NCBI RefSeq assembly: GCF_903903185.1
Contig: NZ_CAIUXT010000150.1
Span: forward strand, 27,425-91,424
Reading direction: 5' to 3'
Length of the DNA stretch: 64,000 bases
Source of the DNA: an uncultured Rhodoblastus sp.
Lineage (GTDB): Bacteria; Pseudomonadota; Alphaproteobacteria; Rhizobiales; Beijerinckiaceae
Below, piece by piece: positions 54,006 through 62,607 of this stretch; position 1 is the first letter of the stretch; the number at the start of each line of letters is the position of its first letter. The position numbers and the translations under genes are program-made. The notes beneath the pieces were generated by a model. It saw only the letters and a program-made list of their open reading frames with translations, did no database searches and had not been told where the DNA came from.

Positions 54006-55112
54006 ATGAAATTTCGTCGAAAAAGCCAGTCCCGTAATTACACGGAGCTGGCGCAGCCCTTCAAGGAGCGCCGCGTGCCCGAACTTTTAAACCTCTTCAT
54101 CCCCCTTCACAAGGCGGACGCCGACCAGCGGCTTGTCTATGGCTACGCCACGGCCGAACGGCCTGACCGGGCAGGGGAAATCTGCGATTACGTCACGACC
54201 AAACCCTTCTACGAACAATGGACGGCGGATTTCGCCAAGGCGTCCGGCGGCAAGAGCCTAGGCAATCTGCGCTCGATGCATGGCAAGGTGGCGGCGGGCA
54301 AAATCGCCGCCATCGCTTTCAACGACGATGAGAAGCGCATCGAAATCGCTGCGAAAATCATCGACGACGAGGAATGGCGCAAGATCGAGGAGGGGGTTTA
54401 CACGGGCTTCAGCCAGGGCGGCGCCTATGTGAAGCGCTGGACTGATCCGGGAAATCCGGATTTCATCCGTTATACGGCCCGCCCGAACGAAATCTCGCTG
54501 GTCGATCTGCCATGTCTTCCGGAGGCCACTTTCGAACTGGTGAAAGCCGACGGCGTCCGCGAGCAGCGCTCCTTCGCCGGAGCAATAAGCAAGAAGGCGC
54601 AAGTCGCCGCCAAGCTTGCGTCAGCCGGAATTGGTCCTTTCCTGCGCGAATGGCTGACGGGCAATGTCGAAAGCGAGGCCGGCGCCGCCGAGACTATTTC
54701 GGATTTTTTCGCGGCGATCGAAGCCGATCTCAACGCCGAGCCCATCCATACGGAAGCTTTGTCGAGCCTGCTGGAGCGACTGAAATCCCATTGCGTCGCC
54801 GTGGTGCAGCCGCGTGCGGCGCAGAAGTCGTCCGACAATGAGGCGCGGCTGGAAAAACTGGCTGACGATACCGAGGCGGCGCGAACAATGGCAGCGGATC
54901 TGGCCCCCCGATTGGCGGAGCTCGCCGAGCGGGTCGCCGCGCTGGAGCACAGCCCCGCGCCGCCGCCGCTGATTCCGGGGTTCGCTCCGGTATCCAAATC
55001 GGCGGACCCGGGCATCGAAGATCTCGCCGCCGCACTGGCGCGGCTTTCACCCGAGAAAGCCTCGCTCGTGCTTATCAAGGCGGCCCAGACGCAGCCGAAG
55101 AGGTTCGGCTGA
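54006..55112 (+). CDS. Putative prohead protease / scaffold fusion protein
   Basis: The N-terminal ~170 aa (FIPLHKADADQRLVYGYATAERPDRAGEICDY...LRSMHGKVAAGK...EISLVDLPCLPEATFE) resemble XkdF/prohead-protease-like domains. The C-terminal half is Ala/Glu/Leu-rich and helical (scaffold-like). Lies immediately upstream of the capsid gene. Confidence 0.5.
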   Translation: MKFRRKSQSRNYTELAQPFKERRVPELLNLFIPLHKADADQRLVYGYATAERPDRAGEICDYVTTKPFYEQWTADFAKASGGKSLGNLRSMHGKVAAGKIAAIAFNDDEKRIEIAAKIIDDEEWRKIEEGVYTGFSQGGAYVKRWTDPGNPDFIRYTARPNEISLVDLPCLPEATFELVKADGVREQRSFAGAISKKAQVAAKLASAGIGPFLREWLTGNVESEAGAAETISDFFAAIEADLNAEPIHTEALSSLLERLKSHCVAVVQPRAAQKSSDNEARLEKLADDTEAARTMAADLAPRLAELAERVAALEHSPAPPPLIPGFAPVSKSADPGIEDLAAALARLSPEKASLVLIKAAQTQPKRFG

Positions 55113-55191
55113 GCCGCCATCGCTTAATTTTTAACCGCATATGCCCGCCCGGAAGGTGATCCGCCTTTCGGCGATATGCCCTGCTGAAAGC

Positions 55192-56712
55192 ATGTCCATG
55201 AACGCACAACACAACGCGCTGGAATTGAATCAGGCGATCCGCAAGGCGCAATCCGCGCCCTTGTTCGATCCGCGATTCGCCAGCCTGGAGAAATCCACCT
55301 TTTCGCAGAGCGCTTCCGCCGCCTCGGGTCTCACCTATTACGACCTCGAGACCGGCGCCAAGCTGCTCTTTCCGGTGCTGACGCCGCTGCGCAACTCCAT
55401 CCCCCGCGTCTCAGGAAAGGGCGGCATTCAGGCCGCCTGGCGTGCAATCACCGCGATCAACAACACGGGTCTGAGGGTTGGCGTATCGGGCGGCAATCGC
55501 GGCGGCGTCGCCGCTATTCAGACCAAGGATTATATTGCGACCTACAAGGGCATCGGCATCGAGACCAGCGTCGATTTCGAAGCGCAATACGCCGGACAGA
55601 ATTTCGACGACATTCGCGCGCTCGCCGCCCAGGCCGGGCTGGAGGCGCTGATGATCGGCGAAGAGGCGCTGATCCTCGGCGGGAATACTTCGCTTGCCCT
55701 CGGCGTCACCAATACGCCGACGCTCGCCGCCTCGAACTCGGGCGGCGCTCTGGCGACCGGAACCCTGTCGGTGATCGTCGTGGCGCTGACGCTCGATGCC
55801 CTGATCAATTCCACGGTCGCTTCTCCTTCGGGCGTACAGGCTTCGATTGTCCGCACCAACGCCGACCTCTCCTCCGACACATTCGGCGGCGGCGCGGCGC
55901 AGAAATCCGCCAACGCCACAATCGCCGTCACCGGCCCGGCGGGCAGCGTCACGGCCTCGGTAGCGGCCACGCGCGGGGCTTTCGGCTATGCCTGGTATTG
56001 GGGCGCCGTCGGCTCCGAAACGCTCGGCGCGATCACGACCATCAACAGCATCTCGATCGTCGCCAACGCGACGGGAACGCAGACCGCAGCTTTGCTGCCG
56101 AACGCCGACAATTCCTCGAACGCCCTGGTTTTCGACGGCCTGCTGACCCAGGCTTTGCAGCCAGGTTCCGGCGCCATTGTCAATGTCCAGCCGACCGGCG
56201 CCGCCGGCGTTGGGACGCCCTTGACGGCGGACGGCGCCGGCGGCGTGGTGGAGATCGAAGCCATCCTCAAGGCCAATTGGGATTTGTATCGCCTCTCGCC
56301 CGACGAAGTCTGGGTCTCGTCGCAGGAAGCGAACAATATTTCGAAGAAGATTCTCGCCGGAGGCGCCAACAGCGCCCAGCGATTCATCTTCGACGCCCAG
56401 CAGGACGCGATTGGCGGCGGCGTGATGGTCACCACCTACAAGAACAAATACTCGCTGGCGGGCGCCAAATCGATCGACGTCAAGATTCATCCCAATATGC
56501 CGCCCGGAACCATGCTGTTCCTGACCCGGAAATTGCCCTATCCGCTCGCCAATGTCGGCAATGTCGTGCAGATCCGCACGCGTCAGGACTATTACCAGAT
56601 CGAATGGCCGCTGCGCGCGCGCCGTTACGAATATGGCGTCTATGCCGACCAGGCGCTTCAGCACTTTTTCCCGCCCAGCATGTCCGTCATCACCAATATC
56701 GGCAATGGCTGA
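55192..56712 (+). CDS. Putative major capsid protein
   Basis: 506-aa ORF after the protease/scaffold gene: MSMNAQHNALELNQAIRKAQSAPLFDP...LTYYDLETGAKLLFPVLTPLRNSIPRV... Followed by a strong hairpin. Assignment is by position and composition only. Confidence 0.6.
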   Translation: MSMNAQHNALELNQAIRKAQSAPLFDPRFASLEKSTFSQSASAASGLTYYDLETGAKLLFPVLTPLRNSIPRVSGKGGIQAAWRAITAINNTGLRVGVSGGNRGGVAAIQTKDYIATYKGIGIETSVDFEAQYAGQNFDDIRALAAQAGLEALMIGEEALILGGNTSLALGVTNTPTLAASNSGGALATGTLSVIVVALTLDALINSTVASPSGVQASIVRTNADLSSDTFGGGAAQKSANATIAVTGPAGSVTASVAATRGAFGYAWYWGAVGSETLGAITTINSISIVANATGTQTAALLPNADNSSNALVFDGLLTQALQPGSGAIVNVQPTGAAGVGTPLTADGAGGVVEIEAILKANWDLYRLSPDEVWVSSQEANNISKKILAGGANSAQRFIFDAQQDAIGGGVMVTTYKNKYSLAGAKSIDVKIHPNMPPGTMLFLTRKLPYPLANVGNVVQIRTRQDYYQIEWPLRARRYEYGVYADQALQHFFPPSMSVITNIGNG

Positions 56713-56729
56713 CCGGCTCTGTTGAAGGC

Positions 56730-56755
56730 GACCGTCCCGATTTTTCGGGGCGGTC
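56730..56755 (+). terminator. Stem-loop immediately after the capsid gene (attenuator/terminator candidate, no U-tail)
   Basis: GACCGTCCCGA-tttt-TCGGGGCGGTC, 11-bp stem with one mismatch, 18 nt after the capsid stop. Confidence 0.35.
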
Positions 56756-56852
56756 CGCCGCTGACGACGGGAATTGGAATTCTGCGAAGATCGCAAGCGA
56801 TCTCGAAACGATTTTGGTCGGCGCGACCTCTTCCTCACAACAGGATCGAGAT

Positions 56853-57068
56853 ATGAAATTTCAGGCTCCAGTAGGCTTGACCGCTGTTACTTGTGCGGGC
56901 GAGGCTTTCGCGCCGGATGACAATGGCGGCTTTGAAGCCGCCGAAGGTCTGGCCGCGGAACTTGCGGCGCATGGATGCTTTCCCGCGGGCGCCGCAGAAT
57001 CGACGGCGGCGGAAAAAGCCAGCGATTCCTGTCCGCGCGCCCGCGTTCGCTCGGAAAAGGCGCCGTGA
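56853..57068 (+). CDS. Phage hypothetical protein (71 aa)
   Basis: ATG 56853 preceded by AGGATCGAG: MKFQAPVGLTAVTCAGEAFAPDDNGGFEAAEGLAAELAAHGCFPAGAAE... Its stop overlaps the next gene's GTG (GTGA). Confidence 0.4.
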   Translation: MKFQAPVGLTAVTCAGEAFAPDDNGGFEAAEGLAAELAAHGCFPAGAAESTAAEKASDSCPRARVRSEKAP

Positions 57069-57070
57069 GC

Positions 57071-58270
57071 ATGGCGCGGGGCGATCTCGTTTCCCTGGCG
57101 CAACTCAAGGCGCATCTCGGCGTCCAGTCGAGCGCCGACGACATTCTGCTCGCCAGTATGATCGGTCAGATCAGCCGTGCGATTTGCACCTATATCAACC
57201 GGCCTTTTGTCTGGGCGCCGCACGGACCCGCGACCCAATGGAAGCCGCAGTCGAAACCGATCGTCTTCGTCGAATATGGCTTCGCCAGCGTCGATCGCTG
57301 CACCAACCAGCCAAACGTTTTTTTCGATGCGAAATCGACGGAAAGCGGCACACCTTTCTGGTCCCTCTGGCAGGGCCCTGATGGCGGCGTCTGGATGCCG
57401 AAGCGCGATGACCTGCTCGCCGACATGGCGTTGCAGGCAGTGCATGATTATTGGAGCGCGCAAGCCAATATCGAGACCTCCAGTTCTGGCGTTCCGATGA
57501 TTTTCGCGCCGTTTTGTTGCGCATGGAACTGGGATGCGCGACCGTTTCCGACTTTTCCTCTCCAAGCCGGCGTCTGGGGCGACGGCGGGAATTGGCCAAC
57601 CGGCAACTGGATTTGCGGCAAGGGGCCGGCGATCGATCCGCCAGCGGTCGAAACGCCGCCGGGCCCAGGGACCTTTGCCGTTTTTCCGGTGCTGATGGGA
57701 CAAGGCTGGGGCGTCAAATATGCGCCGCGCTTTTCGACCGGCGTCCTTGCCCATGTTTCGGGGCGCGAAGCGCGAACGGCCCGGATCGTCAGTCCGCTTT
57801 ATGATATCGAATTGAACTTCGAACTCTTGCGCGACAATGCAAGTCAATTGGAATTACAGCAGGTTATTGGCTTCATTGGCGCTCATGCGGGCCGGACGAA
57901 GCCTTTCCTGTTCGCGCCTCCAGCCGGTTTAAGCATCTGTCGCGGCGAATCGCTGGGGATGGGAGACGGCTTGGCCCGGTCGTTCCTGTTGCGGCGGATG
58001 ATTGGCGGCTACGCGGAGAGCGTTCAGGCGGTCACTGGCGCTGCGACGGTGTATCTGAACGGATTAGCTCTGTCCTCAGACGCCTATGAAGTCTCGATCC
58101 TTCCGGCGAGTGTGACTTTCACGGTTGCGCCGCCCTCCGGCGCCTTGCTGACCGTGGATTTCAATGCCGCGCATCTCGTCCGCTTTGCCGAAGACAGCGT
58201 CGATCTGGAGCATTTCATGAGCGACTTTTGGGCCTCGAAATCTCTCATGCTTGAAACGGTGCGCGCTTGA
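57071..58270 (+). CDS. Chimeric tail/connector protein: gp6-like head-tail connector N-terminus + GTA TIM-barrel C-terminal fragment + DUF2460-like distal-tail domain
   Basis: N-terminus MARGDLVSLAQLKAHLGVQSSADDILLASMIGQISRAICTYINRPF. Middle KPIVFVEYGFASVDRCTNQPNVFFDAKSTES...WNWDARPFPTFPLQAGVWGDGGNWPTGNW. C-terminus FPVLMGQGWGVKYAPRFSTGVLAHVSGREARTA...VRFAEDSVDLEHFMSDFWASKSLMLETVRA. Confidence 0.6.
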   Translation: MARGDLVSLAQLKAHLGVQSSADDILLASMIGQISRAICTYINRPFVWAPHGPATQWKPQSKPIVFVEYGFASVDRCTNQPNVFFDAKSTESGTPFWSLWQGPDGGVWMPKRDDLLADMALQAVHDYWSAQANIETSSSGVPMIFAPFCCAWNWDARPFPTFPLQAGVWGDGGNWPTGNWICGKGPAIDPPAVETPPGPGTFAVFPVLMGQGWGVKYAPRFSTGVLAHVSGREARTARIVSPLYDIELNFELLRDNASQLELQQVIGFIGAHAGRTKPFLFAPPAGLSICRGESLGMGDGLARSFLLRRMIGGYAESVQAVTGAATVYLNGLALSSDAYEVSILPASVTFTVAPPSGALLTVDFNAAHLVRFAEDSVDLEHFMSDFWASKSLMLETVRA

Positions 58271-58869
58271 GTCCCCCGCTCTTTCCGACCCTGCCGGGAC
58301 AAGGCTGGAGCGTCGTTAAAACGCCGACGTTTTCGACGCGCGTGGCCTCGCATTCCTCGGGCCGTGAAGCACGAACCGGACTTTACGCCCATGCGCTCTA
58401 TGCGTTCGAATTGACCTTCGATGGTCTCGATTCAGCCGCCGCCAACGCCGGCCTGCAAGCAAACTCGCTCCAGTCCCTGATGGGCTTCTGGCTTTCCTGC
58501 GGCGGCCAACTCGGAACCTTCCTTTACGCCGACCCGACCGACAACACCGCTGTCAATCAGGTCATCGCTGTTGGCGACGGATCGACCACGACGTTCACTT
58601 TCGGTCGCGCCATCGGCGGCTATTTCGAGCCTGTTTCCTATGTAACGTCGGTATCGGGCGTCACGATCAATGGCGTCTCCACGACTGCCTATTCATGGAG
58701 CGCGCCGAACACGATCGCCTTCTCCACCGCGCCGATCGGCGGGGCGCGCATCGCCGCCAGTTTTGCTTTTGCCTTCCAGTGCCGCTTTCTCGACGACCAG
58801 GCGGAATTCGAGAATTTCATGTCCGGCATCTGGCGGGTCAAAAGCCTCAAATTCCGCCAGGTGCGTTGA
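58267..58869 (+). CDS. DUF2460-family distal tail protein (RcGTA g12-like)
   Basis: (TTG) SPPLFPTLPGQGWSVVKTPTFSTRVASHSSGREARTG...GFWLSCGGQLGTFLYADPTDN...IAVGDGSTTTFTF...CRFLDDQAEFENFMSGIWRVKSLKFRQVR. Paralogous to the C-terminus of the preceding ORF. Confidence 0.75.
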   Translation: MSPPLFPTLPGQGWSVVKTPTFSTRVASHSSGREARTGLYAHALYAFELTFDGLDSAAANAGLQANSLQSLMGFWLSCGGQLGTFLYADPTDNTAVNQVIAVGDGSTTTFTFGRAIGGYFEPVSYVTSVSGVTINGVSTTAYSWSAPNTIAFSTAPIGGARIAASFAFAFQCRFLDDQAEFENFMSGIWRVKSLKFRQVR

Positions 58870-59781
58870 ATGAAGTCCGCTCCTCCAGCTCTTGTCGCTT
58901 TTCTCAACACGCTGCGCTCGACTTCCGACGCGCCTTTGCTGACGGCGGATTGTTATACCATCTTGCTCGCCAATGGCGCCGTGCTGACGTACACCGATCT
59001 CGACATTCCGTTTGCGCTCAACGGTTTCGCTTACCTGGCGAATTCGGTCTTGATCTCGGGTTTGAAATATCGCGCGTCCTGCGGTGTCAATGTCGATAGC
59101 CAGCAGGTGACGATTTGCGCGCGCACGACCGACACGATTGGCGGAGTTCCATTTCTACAGGCCTTGCGGCAGGGGCTTTTCGACGGCGCTGAAATTCGGC
59201 GCGAAAAGGCTTTCTTCTCCGCCTGGGGGACGCCGCCGATCGGTTCAATCGTAATGTTCAAGGGGCGCGTCGCACAGATCGATTCAATCGGCCGCGCCAG
59301 CGCGCAGGTCACTGTCGCGTCCGATCTCGTGCTGCTCGACATCGACATGCCGCGCAACTGCTATCAGGCCAATTGCCAGCATGTCCTTTATGACGCCAAT
59401 TGCACCGTCGTCGCAGGAACCTATTCGACGACCGGAAGCGTCGGCGCAGGCTCGACGCAGACGCAGATATACTGGCCGGGGGCGATTCCCCCCTTTCAGC
59501 AGGGGACTATTACCTTCACCTCAGGCGGCAATACCGGTGCGGTCGCGACGATCAAATCGGCTGGAAGCGGCTGGCTGCAGCTTGCCTATCCCTTGCTCTA
59601 TTCGCCCGCCGCCGGCGATGCCTTTTCGGCTTCCTATGGCTGCGACCACACGATGGCGACATGCCAGAGTCGCTTCAACAACCTAAGCCAGTTTCGCGGT
59701 TTTCCGTTTGTGCCGCCGCCGCAGATCATGACGGGGCCGCTTTCTTCGGTGGTCTCCAACAGCGCCAAGGGCGGAAAATAG
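58870..59781 (+). CDS. DUF2163 + BR0599-type tail hub protein (RcGTA g13-like)
   Basis: MKSAPPALVAFLNTLRSTSDAPLLTADCYTILLANGAVLTYTDLDIPF...GFAYL...SASYGCDHTMATCQSRFNNLSQFRGFPFVP (C-terminal Cys motif typical of BR0599 domain). Confidence 0.75.
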   Translation: MKSAPPALVAFLNTLRSTSDAPLLTADCYTILLANGAVLTYTDLDIPFALNGFAYLANSVLISGLKYRASCGVNVDSQQVTICARTTDTIGGVPFLQALRQGLFDGAEIRREKAFFSAWGTPPIGSIVMFKGRVAQIDSIGRASAQVTVASDLVLLDIDMPRNCYQANCQHVLYDANCTVVAGTYSTTGSVGAGSTQTQIYWPGAIPPFQQGTITFTSGGNTGAVATIKSAGSGWLQLAYPLLYSPAAGDAFSASYGCDHTMATCQSRFNNLSQFRGFPFVPPPQIMTGPLSSVVSNSAKGGK

Positions 59782-59790
59782 GAGTTGGCC

Positions 59791-60264
59791 ATGACCGAAG
59801 TCGAACGGCGCCAACTGGAGGACAGAAACCGCGTGGTCTCGGAAGCGCGCAAATGGATTCTGACCCCCTATCATAATGGCGCCGATATCCTCGGCGCCGG
59901 CGTGGATTGCGGCATGCTGATCGTGCGGGTATTCGTCGATCTGGGCCTGGTCCCGGCTTTCGATCCGCGGCCCTATGATCCCGACTGGATGCTTCATCGC
60001 GACGATGAAAAATATCTTTCGTTTTTTTCACAACGCTGCGCGCGGGTCATCAAGCCGCAACCCGGCGATCTGGCGCTGTTTCGCTATGGCCGCTGTTATT
60101 CGCATGGGGGCATTGTAACTGGCGCCGATCCCGTTGCTATTGTTCACGCCTATCATGACGCCGGTTGCGTCGTCGAGGAAGCGCTCGCGCAAAATCCTGC
60201 GCTCACCGACCCCAGGCGCAAGCTGGCCTTTTTTTCCATCTGGGCTGAAAAGACGAGGGCATAA
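59791..60264 (+). CDS. NlpC/P60-family cell-wall peptidase (RcGTA g14-like)
   Basis: AGGAG-N6-ATG: MTEVERRQLEDRNRVVSEARKWILTPYHNGADILGAGVDCGMLIVRVF (catalytic Cys)...GDLALFRYGRCYSHGGIV (His). The ORF track's TTG start at 59785 is less likely. Confidence 0.8.
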   Translation: MTEVERRQLEDRNRVVSEARKWILTPYHNGADILGAGVDCGMLIVRVFVDLGLVPAFDPRPYDPDWMLHRDDEKYLSFFSQRCARVIKPQPGDLALFRYGRCYSHGGIVTGADPVAIVHAYHDAGCVVEEALAQNPALTDPRRKLAFFSIWAEKTRA

Positions 60265-62396
60265 TGGGCTTCTTGCGCGCAGGAAACAGCAATACCCAGA
60301 TCACCAAATATTCCGGACTCCAGGTCCAGACGACATCGAGCAGCGTTCCGGTGCCGATCATCTATGGCGCCAATATCCTCGCGCCGAATTGTTTCTGGTA
60401 CCAGAACTTTAAGGCGCATCCGCAACATGCCGGCGGAAAGGGTGGGGGCAAGGGCGGTGGGAGAGGCGGGGGCGGTTCGACCACGAGCTATACCTATAGC
60501 TGCTCCATCATGATGGGGATCGGCGAAGGGCCAATCGCCGGCATCGGCAAAATCTGGCAAACTTCGACCATGGTCGTCGATCTCGCAGCCTTGGGCCTTA
60601 GCCTTTTCGCTGGATATTCGCCGCAGAGCGTCTGGCCCTACCTGTCCGGAGCATTTCCGGCGCAAGCGCTGACCTATCCGGGCGTAGCCTATGTCAGCAA
60701 TTCGAACTACGACCTCGGCGCCTCGGCCAGCGTCGGCGACAATAATTTCGAGGTGTTCGGTATTCTTTACGGCGCCGGCGTCAACGGCCAGGATGCGGAT
60801 CCGGCGCTGGTGATCTCGGACTTCCTGACCAACCCGCAATATGGCGTCGGCTTTCCCGCCGCTTCCATCGACGCAACATCGCTTTTCGCCAATTCCGGCG
60901 ATTCCTCTTACCAGACCTATTGCTGGGCCAATTACCTGGCGATCAGTCCGGTCCTGAACATGCAGGAAACTGCCTCCTCGATCTTGACGCGCTGGCTGCA
61001 GCTTACCAACGCCACCGCGGTATGGTCCGGCGGGCTGTTGAAAATCATACCCTATGGCGACGGCGAAGTGACCGGCGGCTCGGCTTCCTTTCAGAAAACG
61101 TGGACGCCAAATCTAACGACGGCATATGACCTTACCGATGAGGATTATTTGCATACGGATGGCGAAGATCCGGTCAGGATCATGCGTTCCGATCCCTATT
61201 TGGCCCATAACCAGCAAGCGATCGAAATTCAGGCGCGCTCGGATTCCTATAATACCGGACCGATCGTAGCTTTTGACCAAGCGGCGATCAACAGCTACGG
61301 CTTGCGCATTGGTTCCACGATCACGGCGCATGAAATTTGTGATTTACAGGTGGCGCAGACGTCTGTGCAATTAATTCTGCAACGCGGCCTCTACATTCGC
61401 AACACCTTCATCTTCAAGCTGTCGATGGAATTCTGTCTGCTCGATCCGATGGATCTGGTTACGCTGACCGATCCGGCGCTTGGTTTGAACAAGACAATCG
61501 TGCGGATCGTTGAGATCGAGGAAGATTCCGATGGCGCGATCACCGTGACAGCGGAAGAATTTCCTCAGGGCGTGGCGACGGCGGCGCTTTATCCGACCCA
61601 GATAAAATCGAACGGCGTTCCGGACAGTTCCATCGCGCCGCAGCCGGTCAATACGCCGATCATCCTCGAACCGCCGCCTTTGCTGACAGGCAATGTCCCG
61701 CAATTATGGCTTGGCGCCAGCGGCCGGAACGGCGATCCAAATTGGGGCGGCTGCGTGGTCTGGGCCTCGCTTGACGGCAATTCCTATGCGGAAATCGCGC
61801 GTATCGGGTCGTCGGCGCGCCAGGGCATTGCTTCCTCAACTCTTCCGGCCAACTCGGGCGCCAATCCCGATTCTTTCGACACGCTGGCGGTGGACCTGAC
61901 CGCGAGTGGAGGCGCACTGTCTTCGACCTCGCCGGCGAGCGCGGCGGCGGGAGTCACGCTTTGCTATGTGGATGGCGAATATTCAAGCTACACGACAGCG
62001 ACGCTCACAGCGGCAAACAAATATTCTCTGACGGGTCTTTATCGCGGTCTCGCCGGATCCGGGGCTTCGGCCCATGCGGCCGGCGCTACATTCTGTTTGC
62101 TCGATTCAGCCATTCTGAAATATGACGTCGCGGCCTCGCAAATTGGTCGAACGATCTATCTCAAATTTCAGAGTTTCAACATTTTCGGCAGCGGCGTTCA
62201 GGACCTTTCGACTTGCGCCGCTTACCCTTACACGATCCAGGGGACGGGGGCGAACGGTCCGGTAGCGGCGGCTTTGGCCGTTGGCGCGTCAATGGACTAC
62301 GGCCTCGTCAATGCGTCTGTCGCCGAAGCCGACGATTTCGGCGGGTTGTCATCTCCCGTGACGGTCATCATCGACCTCGGAACGACGGCAAGCTGA
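60264..62396 (+). CDS. Host-specificity / central tail protein (Phage-tail_3 type, RcGTA g15 C-terminal-like, lacking a TIM-barrel domain)
   Basis: MGFLRAGNSNTQITKYSGLQVQTTSSSVPVPIIYGANILAPNCFWYQNF...GGKGGGKGGGRGGGGSTTSYTYSCSIMMGIGEGPIAGIGKIW...FEVFGILYG: the lambda J / GTA g15-like pattern. Confidence 0.75.
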   Translation: MGFLRAGNSNTQITKYSGLQVQTTSSSVPVPIIYGANILAPNCFWYQNFKAHPQHAGGKGGGKGGGRGGGGSTTSYTYSCSIMMGIGEGPIAGIGKIWQTSTMVVDLAALGLSLFAGYSPQSVWPYLSGAFPAQALTYPGVAYVSNSNYDLGASASVGDNNFEVFGILYGAGVNGQDADPALVISDFLTNPQYGVGFPAASIDATSLFANSGDSSYQTYCWANYLAISPVLNMQETASSILTRWLQLTNATAVWSGGLLKIIPYGDGEVTGGSASFQKTWTPNLTTAYDLTDEDYLHTDGEDPVRIMRSDPYLAHNQQAIEIQARSDSYNTGPIVAFDQAAINSYGLRIGSTITAHEICDLQVAQTSVQLILQRGLYIRNTFIFKLSMEFCLLDPMDLVTLTDPALGLNKTIVRIVEIEEDSDGAITVTAEEFPQGVATAALYPTQIKSNGVPDSSIAPQPVNTPIILEPPPLLTGNVPQLWLGASGRNGDPNWGGCVVWASLDGNSYAEIARIGSSARQGIASSTLPANSGANPDSFDTLAVDLTASGGALSSTSPASAAAGVTLCYVDGEYSSYTTATLTAANKYSLTGLYRGLAGSGASAHAAGATFCLLDSAILKYDVAASQIGRTIYLKFQSFNIFGSGVQDLSTCAAYPYTIQGTGANGPVAAALAVGASMDYGLVNASVAEADDFGGLSSPVTVIIDLGTTAS

Positions 62397-62607
62397 ATGA
62401 TCATTCTACTTTGACGCAGCTCCGTCCAGACGCGGGTGCCAGAATCGATTGCGTTTGGTGGAACCGAAATCGACTCTAGATTCCGCAGTTCTTGCAATAT
62501 TTTTGGCAAAAATATTCGGCATCCATTTTTTTGCGCATTGCTCCAGCCGCATCGGCGCCGGGTTCGTCGTCTTTCTGTGGCCGAGGCGCGAGACAAAAAG
62601 GAAATCC

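Noticed and set aside
51467-56838. ORFs 51467..52858(-) and 55411..56838(-), 463 and 475 aa
   Set aside because: Antisense to the portal and capsid genes. They would break the co-directional phage operon and have Arg/Gly-rich shadow composition.
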